From: Eledone cirrhosa
Taxonomy: Eukaryota
Length of the DNA stretch: 64,000 nt
NCBI GenBank assembly: GCA_964016885.1
Contig: OZ024743.1
Coordinates: 83,204,001-83,268,000, forward strand
Direction: 5' to 3'
A program made the position numbers and the translations under genes. Below the pieces are notes generated by a model. It had not been told where the DNA came from. It did no database searches and was given only the letters and a program-made list of their open reading frames with translations. Positions 26,342-42,500 of the stretch are shown here, piece after piece (the first letter of the stretch is position 1; each line of letters opens with the position of its first letter).

Positions 26342-26429
26342 TCCTCTTGATAAGTCGGCAGACCTCGCAAGGACTCTATATCTTTGATATATTGTTTTTG
26401 TTTATGCCACGAAACTACGTAGTCGAGGA
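26342..26429 (+). ncRNA. Type I hammerhead with U3-A8 variant core, GUC site
   Basis: UCCUC-UUGAUAA-GU(c)GGCA...UGCCAC-GAAA-CUACGUAG-UC-GAGGA; sits in a ~330-bp island after a long (TA)n. Confidence 0.72.
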
Positions 26430-26690
26430 ATTTAGGAACAGTTTAGGTATGATACATTTTATTACTAATTATATCTAAATGTTTCTTCTCTCTTCATAAT
26501 GTATTTTTAACTCTGATACTGGTTCAGTCTGGTTCAAACTGAATTGGTCTGTCCCAGTCATTCATTGAGCAACATCGGTGAAGTTGGCACCCTTAACTCA
26601 CAGTTGGGCGCGGATGCATTCATGTATATATGTGTGTGTCCGCGTGTATCTGTGTTTCTAAATATATATATATATATATACACACGCACA

Positions 26691-27490
26691 CTAGCAGTGT
26701 ATCCCGCGTTGTACGGGTAAGAACATTGGTAATAGCACCTCCAATGAGAAACGTTTATTTGTGAGTGCCTGTTAAAAACTCACGAGAATATACCGACAGG
26801 AAACTTAAGGAAAATTAAGAAGTTGAAAGTACAGTTTAGCTGTCTACGTGCATTGTTCATAGAAATATTGTTGAGCCCCTTCTTTTCATACTCCTCTGTT
26901 TTGGCCTTTTGGAGTAAATGTGAAAGAGAAAGTCACAGATTAAGTTGGCAGAAGGTTCCAGTGTCATAGCAGTAAGGCGTAGCCTACTTACCTCAAAAGT
27001 TCATTCGCACTTTTCCACTAAGTTACTCTTTCTCTCTATCTCTCTCGGTGCAGTCCCTTGTGAATTTCTCACGTAGGCCTGGTGTAAATTTGCACCCAAT
27101 CCATCTGCCCGATGCATATGTCCACTTTGTACGGCTTTTGGAGGAAGGAGTGACCAGCAGTACGTTGTTCGGTATTATTACGAAAAGGTGTAGCAGAGAA
27201 TCCCGCGTGAAGTAACAGCTCGGGAGGAAACTGCTTACCTCGAAGATTCATTCGCCATCGTTCTTGTCAACGCTCCGTTTAGTTGGTATTTGTTGGTCTA
27301 CAGTTAGATGAATGGCGCACAGAGGGTTAATGTTTATTGGCAAAAAGTTTTTTGAATAATAAAAGACGGGTTAAAGCTACCTACAATGTATTTGTGTGTG
27401 TGTATTTGGGATGAGCAGAACAAGCAAACATTAAACAATCTTTTAAATAAATTAAAATACGATTTAATCTCATTTTATATATATATATAG
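26691..27490 (-). mobile_element. Non-autonomous Helitron-like element
   Basis: Minus-strand 3' end cccgtacaacgcgggatacactgCTAG|T resembles 14895-14922; 5' CTATATATATAAAA near 27490. Confidence 0.6.
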
Positions 27491-27613
27491 TTATGTAATA
27501 AACAACATAAGATAATTATTTCATTTACTAGTGGTTTCTTGAAAGCAAATAAGCTCTGTAACTTACTTAGAGCACTCTTTTTTCCTCTACCTTTCCGACG
27601 GAATTACTTCATT

Positions 27614-27678
<65 letters not shown>

Positions 27679-27911
27679 GAACAAGTAAGACCCCGACGGC
27701 TGAGCTCAAGCCGTTTCGAATGTTTATATATATGTATATGTGTATATATGTGTGTGTTTATGTATATATATGTATATATATATGTATATATAGGTATATA
27801 GGTATATATATATATGTGTGTGTGTGTGAATGTAGCGAAGATAATACGTCAGCAATGACGTGCTCGACAGAATTTAATGCAGACAGACAGACATACAGAT
27901 AGATATTATAA

Positions 27912-28105
27912 GGGCGGTGGATATTGAGAGTATCGGTAGAGGGTCGGACGCCATGCTTTGCCGCAGAGTTACGGCCCTTGTCATTCTGAGTTCAAATCCC
28001 GCCGAGTTTAACTTTGCCTTTCATCCTGACGGGGTCGATAAAATAAAGTACCAGTAATGTACTGCGAGATAATTGCTGGCCTTGTGCCAAAAGTAGAAAC
28101 AATTA
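27912..28105 (+). mobile_element. SINE family B, near full length
   Basis: gggcggtggat...gagttcaaatcccgccgag...agtagaaacaattat. Confidence 0.85.
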
Positions 28106-28229
28106 TAAGGGCTCGAAGTTTGTTTTTCCATATATGAGTGTTTGAATTTCTTTTTACTTAAAAAAAAGGGGCTCATGAAGGTTTTTTTTTTAATAAACGT
28201 AATTTGATTGGTTATATATGAAATTATGG

Positions 28230-28562
28230 CTACCAGACACGACACCACTACCACACACTACACCACTACCACACACTACACCACTACACCACTACCAGAC
28301 ACTACACCATTACCAGACACTAAACAATTACCAGACACTACACCACTACCAGGCACTACACCATTACCAGACACTACACCACTACCAGACACTACAACAC
28401 TACCAGACACTACACCACTATACCACTACCAGACACTACACCATTACCAGACACTACACCACTACACCATTACCAGACACTGCAACACGACCACGCACTA
28501 CACCACTACACCACTACCAGACACTACACCACTACCAGGCACTACACCAGTACCAGACACTA
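28230..28562. repeat. ~18-bp minisatellite (ccagacactacaccacta)
   Basis: Directly visible; encodes only LPDTTP-like repeats. Confidence 0.9.
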
Positions 28563-28564
28563 TA

Positions 28565-31185
28565 TCCTTGAAGATGTCACACCAATTGTACTGTTGACAC
28601 ATTCAAACTCAGTCTGTGACACACTGACAGTACATATGAAGCAACTACAGACAGTAATATGTGTCACATATCGGCCGCCTGATGCCCCCAGTCATGAGGG
28701 TAAATTTGAGGATAGCCTCAGTAGGACAGAAGAGGTCCTTGACAAACTGGACCAGGGTCTCAACATTCTACTGCTGGGAGACTTCAACCTGCCAAAGGTC
28801 AAATGGCCTGAGGGCCACCTCCTCCATGGAATGACGTCAATAGAACAGAGACAGACGGAATCCCTGCTGGCCCTCACACACAGGCTGTTCATAGAACAAG
28901 CAGTACTCCTCCCAACAAGAGGCGAACATGTCCTGGACATCTGTTTTACAAACAACGAAGTGCTCATCCACAATGTAAGGGTGACACCAATAATTTTCTC
29001 GGATCATAACTGAGTAGAACTAATGATATGTGGTACGAGAGAACCAACAGAGACACAACCATCAAGAAGCACCCGGACGTTATCCGGCCTTCGCTTGTAC
29101 AAGGCTAACTGGAAAAAGATCAAGAGATAAATCCGGAAGCAAATATGGAGTGAAAATACCGCCACACAAGACACCAACACACAATTTCAACACTTAATGA
29201 CAACGGTACACACTATATGCTAGAAGTTTGTCCCGGAGAAAAAGGCAAACAGGCACAAAAATCTTATTCCCAGAGATAGGAAAATCCCCATGAGACGTAG
29301 AACCAAGCTCTCAAACCAGTTGAATGCACAACTAGAAAACAAGAACAAGAAGGAACCCTATTTGAAACGTGCACTACTTGACACCGAGATTGCACTCAAA
29401 CTTCCCCATGAAAATGAGAGGGCAAAGAAAGAAAGCAGGGCCATAGAAAATATTAAAACAAATCCTAAGGCCTTCTTTAAATTTTAATAAGACACTGCCT
29501 CGTTACACTGCAAGACGGTTCATTAACCGATAATCCCCAAGGGATATGTGAAATACTGAACGAACAGTACAGAGGTGTGTTCACATGTCCACTGAGGCGC
29601 ATGCAAATAACAAAGCCAGAGGAGTTCTTTGATGCCACAACACTACATGAAGATATGGTGACCATCAACCACATAGAGATAACGGAGGAAGATGTGGTAT
29701 ACGTCATAGATGAAATTAGAACAGACTCAGCTGCTGGACCTGATGGATTCCCAGCAGTCCTCTTAAAAACGTGTAAGCGGCCCTTAGCAACTCCACTGAA
29801 GATGCTCTTCAGAAGCTTCGTGGCTAGCGGTATATTACTCAGGGAGCTGAAAGAAGGCACAATATGCCCTATCCATAAAGGAGGTAGCAAAGCGGAGGCC
29901 AAAAACTATAGGCCAGTCTCCCTGACGTCGCATATCAGTAGGGTCATGGAGTGAGTTGTCAGAAAGAAACTGATCACTTTCCTCGAGGAAAATGACCGCC
30001 TGACTAGCACGCAGCTTGGATTTCACACAAGAAGAAGCTGCTTTACACAGCTGCTACATCACTACGACTGAGTACTGAAACAACTGCTAGACAGCTCACA
30101 TGTGGACGTGATATATCTTGACTTTGCGAAGGCCTTTGACAAGGTCGACCATGGAATGATATGTCACAAACTACACGGACTCAGCATAACTGGAAAAGTA
30201 GGTGAGTAGCTGCACGACTTCTTAAAGGACAGAAACCAGACAGTCGCAGCAAACGCTGGCCTTCTCAAAGGAAACATTAATAACAAGTGGAGTGCTCCAA
30301 GGGATAGTCCTGGGACCACTACTGTTTTTGGTGGCTCGCTCAGACATGCCCTCTGTAGTACATACAACAACATCCCTCAATAGCTATGCTGATGACACTA
30401 AGGTAGCACAGGCAATCAAAAACCCACAAATGTGCGGAAGAAAACAACATGCAGTTTAATGCTGGCAAATTCCAAGCCCTACAATACAAACCTCCAAACA
30501 AACCTGCAAACACAAATACACTACAACACAGTTACGCAGGACCAGGATGGACCGTTATCCCCGAGTCAAAATCTATACGAGACCTGGGTATAGACATGAG
30601 CGATGATGCATCTTTTTCCTCACACATCATGAAAGTGGCGACAATGTGCAGACGACTCGCTGGCAGGATCTTGAGGACTTTCCGAACAAGAGAGCGTGAC
30701 ACCATGTTGACACTATGGAGGACATTTGTCCTAAGCCGCCTGGACTATTGCTCCCAGTTGTGATCACCCCATAGTGTCAAACTAACCACGGAGCGTGAGG
30801 CAATCCAGCGAAGCTATACCAAGAGGATTGCCACGATGAAGGAGATAAGCTACTGGGAGAGGCTAAAAGAACTGAACCTCTACTGCTTGGAACGAAGACG
30901 TGAGAGATACGCAGTGATCTACATGTAGAAAATCCTGGAGGGACTAGCACCAAACTTTGGCATTGGGAGCTGGACCCACCGTCGAACAGGACGTCACTGT
31001 GTGGTGACAAAGGTCCCGTCTTCCACATCTAGAATAAGGAGCAGATACTGTAATAGCCTGGGATTCAAGCTGCCGAGGGATCTGAGAGATCTGCATAGTG
31101 TGGAGGTGGATGTCTTCAAGAAACATCTCGACACCTTGCTATCCAGAATCCCGGATAAGCCCACAGCAAGGCATGAGGGAAACCT
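28565..31185 (+). mobile_element. Decayed LINE ORF2 (APE endonuclease + RT), CR1/Jockey-group-like
   Basis: YRPP, LLGDFNLP, LDICF, SDHN; AAGPDG, PIHKGG...NYRPVSLTS, YLDFAKAFDKVDH, YADDTK, RLDYCSQL; many stops and frameshifts. Confidence 0.92.
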
Positions 31186-31194
31186 AGGGGCACA

Positions 31195-33460
31195 TTATAT
31201 TATATTATATTAATTATATTATATTATATGATTTTAATTATATTATATTATATTAATTATATTATATTATATTAATTATATTATATTGTATCAATTATAT
31301 TATAATCTATTATATTATAATATATTATATTAATTATATTAATTATATTAATTATATTAATTAAATTATATTATCGGTGGATTAGCAATATCGGTAAAGT
31401 GTCAAACGTCATGCTTTGACACATAGAGTTACGGCCTTTTCTATTCTGAGTTCAAATCCCACCGAGGTCAACTTTGCCTTTCATCCTTAAGGGGTCGACA
31501 AAATAAACTACCAGTAACTTGTGCCAAAAGTAGAAACAATTATGTTATATTATATATATTAATTATATTAATTTCTTTATATTATATTAATTATATTAAT
31601 TATATTTATTATATTATATTATATTATATTATATTGGCAGTATCAGTAGAGGGTTGGACGCCATGCTTTCTAGCATAGTTACGTCCCTTTACAGTCTGCG
31701 TTCAAATCCCGCCGAGGTTAACTTTGCCTTTCATCCTTACAGGGTCGATAAAATAAAGTACCAGTAATACACTTGATAATTGCTGGCCTTGTGCCAAAAG
31801 TAGAAACAATTATATTAATTATATTAATTATACTAATTATAATATATTATATTATATTACAGTATCGGTAGAGGGTCGGACGCCATGCTTTCCAGCATAG
31901 TTACGTCCCTTTATGATCTGAGTTCAAATCCCGCCGAGGTTGACTTTGCCTTTCATCCTCACGGGGTCGATAAAATAAAGTACCAGTAATGCACTGGGTA
32001 ATTGCTGGCCTTGTGCCTAAAGTAGAAACAATTATATTATATTATGTTATGTTATATTATATTGTGGATTGGCAGTATCGGTAGAGGGTCGGGCGCCATG
32101 CTTTAACGCATAGAGTTACGGCCCTTGCCATTCTGAGTTCAAATCTCGCCGAGGTTAACTTTGCCTTTCATCCTTACGGGGTCGATAAAATAAAGTACCA
32201 GTAATGTACTGGGTAATTGCTGGCCTTGTGCCTAAAGTAGAAACAATTATATTATATTATATTATATTATATTAATTATATTAAAAGGGCGGTGGATTGG
32301 CAGTATCGGTAGAGGGTCGGACGCCATGCTTTCCAGCATAGTTACGTCCCATTACGATCTGAGTTCAAATCTCGCCGAGGTTGACTTTGCCTTTCATCCT
32401 TACGGGGTCGATAAAATAAAGTACCAGTAATGCACTGGGTGATTGCTGGCCTTGTGCCTAAAGTAGAAACAATTATATTAATTATATTAATTATATTAAT
32501 TATACTAATTATATTATATTATATTATATTAATTATAATGATTATATTATATTATATTAAATTATAGAAACAATTATATTAAATTATATTAATTATATGA
32601 ATTATATTATATTATATTATATTATATTATATTATATATAATAATTCAATTAATTCAATTAATTATATTAATTTATTTATATTATATTAATTATATTAAT
32701 TATATTATATTATAGTAATTATATTAATTATATTATATTATATTATATTATATTAATTATATTAATTAAATTAATTATATAAATTATATTATATTCTATT
32801 ATATTATAATATTTTATATTATATTATATTATATTATATTATAATATATTATATTATATTATATTATATTATATTATATTATAATATTTTATATTATATT
32901 ATATTATATTATATTATATTATATTATATAGTATTAATTATATTATATTAGATTAATTATATTATATTATATTAATTATATTATATTATATTATATTATA
33001 TTATATTATATTAACGGGGTCGATAAAATAAAGTACCAGTAATGTACTGGATAATTGCTGGCCTTGTTCCTAAAATAGAAACAATTATATTAATTATATT
33101 AATTATATTATATTATATTATATTATATTAATTATATTATTTATATTAATTATATTAATTATATTATATTATATTATAATAATTCTATTAATTCTAATAA
33201 TTCTATTAATTCTATTAATTTATTTATATTATAGTAATAATATTAATCATATTAATTATATTTTAATATATTATATTAAATTATATTAATTATATTATTT
33301 ATATTTATTATATTATATTATAGTATATTATATTATATTAATTAAGTTAATTATATTATTTATAGTCATTATATTATATTATATTATGTTAATTATATTA
33401 ATTATATTATATATTATATTATATTAATTATATTAATTATATTATCTTCTATCTTCTATC
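31195..33460 (+). repeat. (ATATT/ATTA)n tract containing about five tandem SINE-B copies plus a 3' fragment
   Basis: SINE units near 31375, 31634, 31860, 32064 and 32287, fragment near 33015; all plus strand. Confidence 0.9.
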
Positions 33461-33461
33461 T

Positions 33462-35760
33462 TCTATATATATAAAACCTAGGATGTGTGTGTGTCTGTAT
33501 ACAGCTTTGGATACCTAAGGCTTTTAGAATTACCAAACGAATTTGACCAAATTTTCTGTGCACGTTGCACAGGTCGCTAAGATTGTCACATCACAAAGAT
33601 TTTTCGAAGCGACCCATGTTGAGCAATAAAAAATAGATATCAAAATTATCGGTAGCAAAATTGATGTAAGGGAGATAACGAACTTTATTGACAATCCTTA
33701 TAAAAAAGGGAGATAACCAACTTTATTTACAGAAATATAAACATCAGATTCATTTGAAGATAAATCACTAATATTATCGTTTGTTTCTTGTTTATTCTTT
33801 GTTGCACTTTCAAAGTTACAAAAAACACTTGTTGTTTTAACTTGTTTCACTATATTAAGTGTTAATTTTCGCGTTAAGGGCCTAATCTCGCAGCAGTCTC
33901 GAATTGGCTTATACCACCATTACTGAATTGGTATTTCAAAGAAGAGGTGGCATATTTTTCCTCGATGCTCCAGGGTTGACAGGAAAAACTTTTGTTACTA
34001 AACTTCTTCTTGCAAAGGTTAGACAGAATAAGGACATAGCAATAGCAGTTGCGTCCTCTGGAATCGCAGCAAATTTGCTCCCTGGTGGAAGGACGACACA
34101 TTCTGTTCTTAAATTGCCTCTTGATTTGGCAAAATGGAAATTCCTACTTGTCATATCACCAAAGTGTCCGAAAGGGCTCATCTGCTACGAAGGTGTCACC
34201 TTATTCTTTGGGATGAGTGCACAATGGCGCACAAAGGTGCTCTTGAGGCACTAGACAGGTCTTTGCAAGACATACGGGATTGCAGTGATGTTATGGGGGG
34301 TGTCACCCTTCTGCTATCAGGAGACTTCAGACAGACTCTTCCTATAATACCGAAAGGAACAAGAGCAGATGCGGTAAATGCATGTCTTAAGTCTTCACCA
34401 TTGTGGCGACAAGTGACATCATTAAGAATAACTACCAAAATGCGTGCAAGGTTACATGGGGACCCTCTGTCATCAACATTTTCTGGAGTCATTCTTACAA
34501 TAGGAGATGGTAACATACCACCGGATACAGATGGACACATAGCAATTGATCACATCTGCAATGTAGTTGAAACTGTCGATGATCTCAAAGCGAGTGTATT
34601 CCCGAACTTGCATGATAACTATACGAATCTTGATTGGCTATGCGAAAGAGCCATTCTTGCACCCAAAAATATCACGGTTAGCTGTATTAACGATCGGCTT
34701 CTTCAGCTTCTTCCTGAATGTCCACGGATATATAAATCTATTCATACTGTATGTGATCCACAGGATGCGGTCAATTATCCAGTTGAATTTCTAAATTCTT
34801 TAAATCCTCCTGGTTTACCGCCCAATACATTGGTTCTGATAGAGGGAACGCCAGTTATTTTGCTGAGAAATATCACTCCTCCAAAACTATGCAAGTAAAA
34901 GAAGAACATTATTTGTCCCCAACCTGTCAAAATAACAGAAGTCTTCAATAATTAATGCAAGCAAGTATTTAGTACAATCTTTGAAAACATAAAACTATGC
35001 TGATAATGAAGGAAAACACTGAACAGGATGTAGTTATACAAATGATTAAAGACAATACACGTTGCAAATCTCTAAAAAAAAAAGGCAGTTTTGCTAAAAT
35101 ACAAAAAGTTGTAATGAAAGCAGAGTTGTATACAAACAAAAAAACAAAACAATGAGTGTAGAATAAGAGAAAATCTATTCTTTGAGAGCATCCTTTGCTG
35201 TGGATGGTTAAATTTTGAACTTATAATCATAAATATCCTGCATGACATATTCATTGGTATGTTTTGTAATGAGTAAGGTGAAGTCAAGGCAGAGCTGTAA
35301 TAAGTTTTTTTTGTTAACACTAAAGCACTTCAGGATAGAGGATATTCTTTGGGGTTTTTTTATGGAACAAACGCAAAGAGATTATCTTTACTGTGGATAA
35401 TTCGGAACAAACGCAAAGAGATTATCACGCCTTGTGGTTAAAAAACTGTCTCCACTTAGTATTGACGCTACCATTCTATCCGGATGTGGAAAAGGCGGGG
35501 ATGTGATAATAACAAAAATTAGCCAGGCGTGGATACTCCCTTCTCCTTTCGCTGAACCCAATTTCCCCTTCGTGTTGCCTTTGCGATGTCCATAAACAAG
35601 TCGCAAGGTCAAACTCTGTCCGTCACTGGAATTCACTTGGATGAACCTTGCTTTTCGCACGGACAATTCTACGTTGCCTGCTCACGAGTTGGCAGTAGAG
35701 ATAATCTCATTGCGTTTATTCCGAAAAAAAGACCCAAAGAATATCGTCTATCCTGTGTGT
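33462..35760 (+). mobile_element. Helitron remnant with Pif1-family helicase pseudogene
   Basis: 5' TCTATATATATAAAA; FLDAPG.TGKTF, ASSGIAA, WDECTM, GDFRQTLP, AILAPKN, LLRN, FAMSINKSQGQTL, SHGQFYVACSRV; frameshifted. Confidence 0.92.
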
Positions 35761-35789
35761 ATATATATATATGTGGGTGTGTGTATATA

Positions 35790-36052
35790 TCATCATCACC
35801 GTTTTACGTCCGTTCTTCCATGCTAACATGGGTTAGACGGGTTGTCCTGTTGTGGGCAGTGTCTGGTCGGCTGACCATGCCTTGCTCATACAGGAACTGA
35901 TTTTGGCTTGATTTCTACAGCTGGATGCCCTTCCTAACACCAACCTCATTTACAGTTAGTGCTGGGTGCTTTTTTCCGTGGCGCCTACACGTCAACTTTA
36001 CAGTGTGGGCTGGGTGCTTTTTTGCCGTGGCACCCCCACAACCACTTTGCAA
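35790..36052 (-). mobile_element. SINE A / RTE-tail fragment
   Basis: Reverse complement of the family A 3' half. Confidence 0.7.
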
Positions 36053-36060
36053 TATGTATA

Positions 36061-38442
<2,382 letters not shown>

Positions 38443-38778
38443 ATATATATAGATGTATATGAAGTATATGAAGTGTTATGTATCTCACCTGGAAAAACAC
38501 CTGGAACTTTTTTGGTATATTGCCAAGATGTAATTAGAAGGTTACCCAAAGCTCTTGATACCAGACCTCCTGAAACCAGTCATGGTTCTATGATACAAAT
38601 CTGTTTCTTTTAAAATGTTTATATTCATCTAAATACTTTCCATCATAATTTTATGTAAGAACTTTTGTTTAGTTACGCTCCATTTACCAACTTAGTAATG
38701 AAAAAGTTAGTTAAATGACTAAATCCCTTCAAATATTTTATTATTGTTTTTATTATTTTTTTATTATTTTTTTATTAG

Positions 38779-38968
38779 AGGGTGGTGGATTGGCAGTATC
38801 GGTAGAGGGTTTGACGCCATGCTTTCCAGCATAGTTACGTCCCTTTACGATCTGAGTTCAAATCCCGCCGAGGTTTACTTTGCCTTTCATCCTTACGGGG
38901 TCGATAAAATAAAGTACCAGTAATGCACTGGATAATTGCTGGCCTTGTGCCTAAAGTAGAAACAATTA
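38779..38968 (+). mobile_element. SINE family B, full length
   Basis: Matches 32287-32476. Confidence 0.88.
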
Positions 38969-39819
38969 TTGTTTTTATTATTTGAAAATTTTAAGCAGTG
39001 TCTTTTACTAAAAATATGGTAACAAAAAGGTTAAAGTGTATATATTTATCTAAAGCCATTCCATTTTATGTAATCTTTATGTTCCAAACACCAGCTTAAT
39101 AATGAGAAAGTTAGTTTTATTATTAACTCATTCTGAAATCAAAATTATTTGAAAAATATAAGCAATATTCTTCATTAGAAATATAGTAACAAAAGGGTTA
39201 ATGATATAAATACATTCTCTGTATTTATAAAAGGTTTTGAAGATGTCAAGAAGGCATGTTTGAAGAACAGTTTCATGGAAAATCATCTGACTGTGGATAA
39301 GTGTAAAGAAATAAACAGTATCCTGATGAAAAATCTTCACAAACCACCTCTTCCATTATTCAATGCTATTTTGAAAACAAGAATAAAAGTTCTGGTGGAC
39401 TCTTTGCTTCAAAACCTGTAGAAGTAACTAACAATACTTATAGGGTAACTTTTCAAGAGAAATCAGGTAAGTTGTTTTCCCCTCTCTTTTTATCTGGTTT
39501 CCCACACGGTACTGGGTGTTGTTGTTGTTAGGGCAATTGTTTGGCAGAATCATTCTAGTGTTGGACAAAAGGTCTTGTGGTAAGGGCCAGTGCTACCATT
39601 AAGGTTAACTAAGCAGCCACATGGGGTACAGACCCAAGGCCAGGTTCAGACTTTGGGGGTCCTGCAGCACTTCAGGTTTCATGTCTTCCTTTTTCATACA
39701 CTAAAATAGAATACACAGCAAACCTTCAAATTTACATATCAAAATCCATTTAGTTCATGTAAATGGAATTGACAAGTTGTACATACAAATGTTAAATGAA
39801 AAAAAACTGACCAGTTATA

Positions 39820-40950
39820 CATCATCATCATCAACGTTTAACGTCCATCTTCCACGCTAGCATGGGTTCAGATGGGAATTGTCTCACTTGAGGCAAGATT
39901 GGTCGTCTCGCTCGTATAGGACTGTCTGGCAGGTTTTCTATGGTTGGATGCCCTTCCTAACACCAACCACGTCTACAGTGTGGACTGGGAGGTTTTTACA
40001 GTGTTACCTACACGGCCACATTACAGCGTGGACTGTGTGTTTTTTTGTTTTTTTTTGTGACACCTACACGACCTCATTTATTTAGGACTGGATGTTGTGG
40101 TACCAACATAACATTACAGAGAAAGGGGTGGTGTTGATGGGGGTGGGGGAGTTGGGTTAGTGGGATGGGGGTGTATATTTGATTAAGAGGTGCCTACTGA
40201 CTGTAGGTTTCGCTATGTACTTAGGCAAGGTGGGTCTTCTGTATTACTGCGTAGCGCTAAAGATCTCGGTCCAGTGACATTGTCTTAGAGAATTGTGTGT
40301 AAGGTCAGAATTTATCAAATCGTCCCAGGTTTTTCTGGGTCTGCCTACTTTGTAACTTCCATCAATTTTGATCGCCCTACACTTTTTTTTTTATACAGCT
40401 GTCGTCTTTCATGCTCATCACGTGACCATACCAACGTAGAGTAAACTCTCGAGTAAACAACATCTGATCCCTCTTATTTTTAATTTCTCACTTAGTTCAT
40501 TTATGCTTTGCTGTTCACGTATATTATTATTACACATCCAGTGGAGCATGCATGCTTCATTCCTCTACAGTCTGCGCAGATCCCCTGCACACAATGCCCA
40601 TGTCTCACTGTCATGTAACATTGGTGTTTGTATGTCGCCATCATACAGTCTGCCTTTCATTTTTAGAGGGAAACCTTTAGTGGCCAACAGTGGTATAAGC
40701 TCTCTGAACTTTTCCATCCCGTTCTGACTCTGGCTACTATACTTTCAGAGCACCCTCCACCACTGCTGATTTTGTCATCCAGGTAACGGAAGGTGTCCAC
40801 TATTTCTATAGAGCTGTCTAGGCAATAGAAGGAGCTAGTATCCAGTAGGCTCATGCTACTTATTGCACCTGGGCACCGGCCACATATAAAATCTACGTTC
40901 TTAGATAGCTTACCTGTGATCCCACTACATCTTTTATGCACCCCAAATTC
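39820..40950 (-). mobile_element. RTE-like LINE 3' fragment
   Basis: VHKRCSGI...F.C..C...FRYL.D.ISSGGGC; (CAT)n tail at 39820. Confidence 0.88.
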
Positions 40951-42140
40951 GAGCAGTGATTCGGTAATCTTGGTAAAGTTAAACCTCCATAAGTAAATAT
41001 AATTCAAACTAAGGGTCTCTAGCTTATTCTAAAGTCTGTTCAAAAGACTTGATTGTTTAACTAAACGTAAGAGTTTAAAGAAAAAAAAGTCTGTAATGGA
41101 TAATTTCACTGCTATTTCTAGCAGGGTGAGAGACTACGTAGATATGTAATTGATACTTTACTGAGTGATACTTTTTGATTTGTCATCGATTAAATACGAT
41201 TGGACTGTGTCTGAATGCATTAAATTTTATCAGGGACTTTTAACGAATGACACCGGTAAGGGAGTTAAATCATTTCTAACGACACCGAGTACCTGCTGTC
41301 TTCATTATAACTTTAATTAATCTAATTATATCTTGTGTAAAAATTATATATATATATATATACTCACATAATTTTCTTTCCCCGACACTGTTATATCTAT
41401 TCTTACTTTACAATTGTGTCTACTAAGAGTTCCATTACAATCTGTAGTAGTAAAACTACTATTTCACCAGAACATCTGCTAGCAGTCATTTATAGACAAT
41501 ATATATATATTAGACCACATATCAACCTAATATATATATATATATTTCCTATCAAATCTGTAGCTAAAGTCATAAAGTCAGCTTCACTACTTCATTCTGA
41601 CAAGATATCAATTTATGACTGAAGATGAAGATACGCCAACGTTAATGTCGTGAAATAAAGCTGATAACATCTTTGAAACTTCTAATTTGATAACAGAGAT
41701 TATTTCTTTGGTTGTTTAGTAAAAACTAACAACACAACACATTGATTATATCTGAAAGAGGTAAGTTGACAAAGATTTACTTAATGTCTATATTAATGTG
41801 TGTAAATAATACAATGATCCAGTAATTATATACAAGTGAAAATATATATAACATTGGAAAAATATATTTCTTCCTCCACTTTTATATATAGAAAAAAAAC
41901 TTCCAAACTGAAATGTTGATGTGATATTTTTCAATCACCAGATTCCACTGTTACATGTGATATAAAATATATTGTTATCATGACTGTCTTTATTATTTAA
42001 AATACCTCCGTCTATATTTCAACCACTGGAACAACCTCAAACAAGAAACAGTTGTCGCACCCTCAGTCAACATTTTAAAGTAAAAAATCGAAATAAATAT
42101 GAGTGTATATAGATAGATGTATGTTGTGTGTGTATATATA

Positions 42141-42500
42141 CAGTAATCCCCCGCTATATCGCGGTTCACTTTTCGCGGTCCCGTTACATCGCGGATATTT
42201 CTTTGGAACGTATCTAATTTCCTATCGCGGTAATCCTCGCTACATCGCGGATTTTTCGTTAGAACATATCTATTTTCTTATTGCGGTACGTCTGAATAAA
42301 AAGTGTTTAAATTTTAAACTTATTAAATAAGTTTCAATGTGATTAAAGTGTATATCGTAAGGAAGGGGCAACTTAAGGCTTTAACTATGAAAAATGTTTA
42401 TATTTTTATTCTATTACTGTTTTACTGATTGTGTTTTGCTCTAATCTACTACAAACCCTTCATAGATTGGTCTCTCTGTAACATGGTTGTTTCTGGAACG
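42141..42500 (+). mobile_element. Tc1/pogo-like DNA transposon end or MITE remnant
   Basis: After TA: CAGTAATCCCCCGCTATATCGCGG with repeated tcgcgg subterminal motifs; no matching right end seen. Confidence 0.55.

Noticed and set aside
41612-41660. CTGAAGA...AACGTT hammerhead-like stretch
   Set aside because: No GAAA and no convincing stem II.
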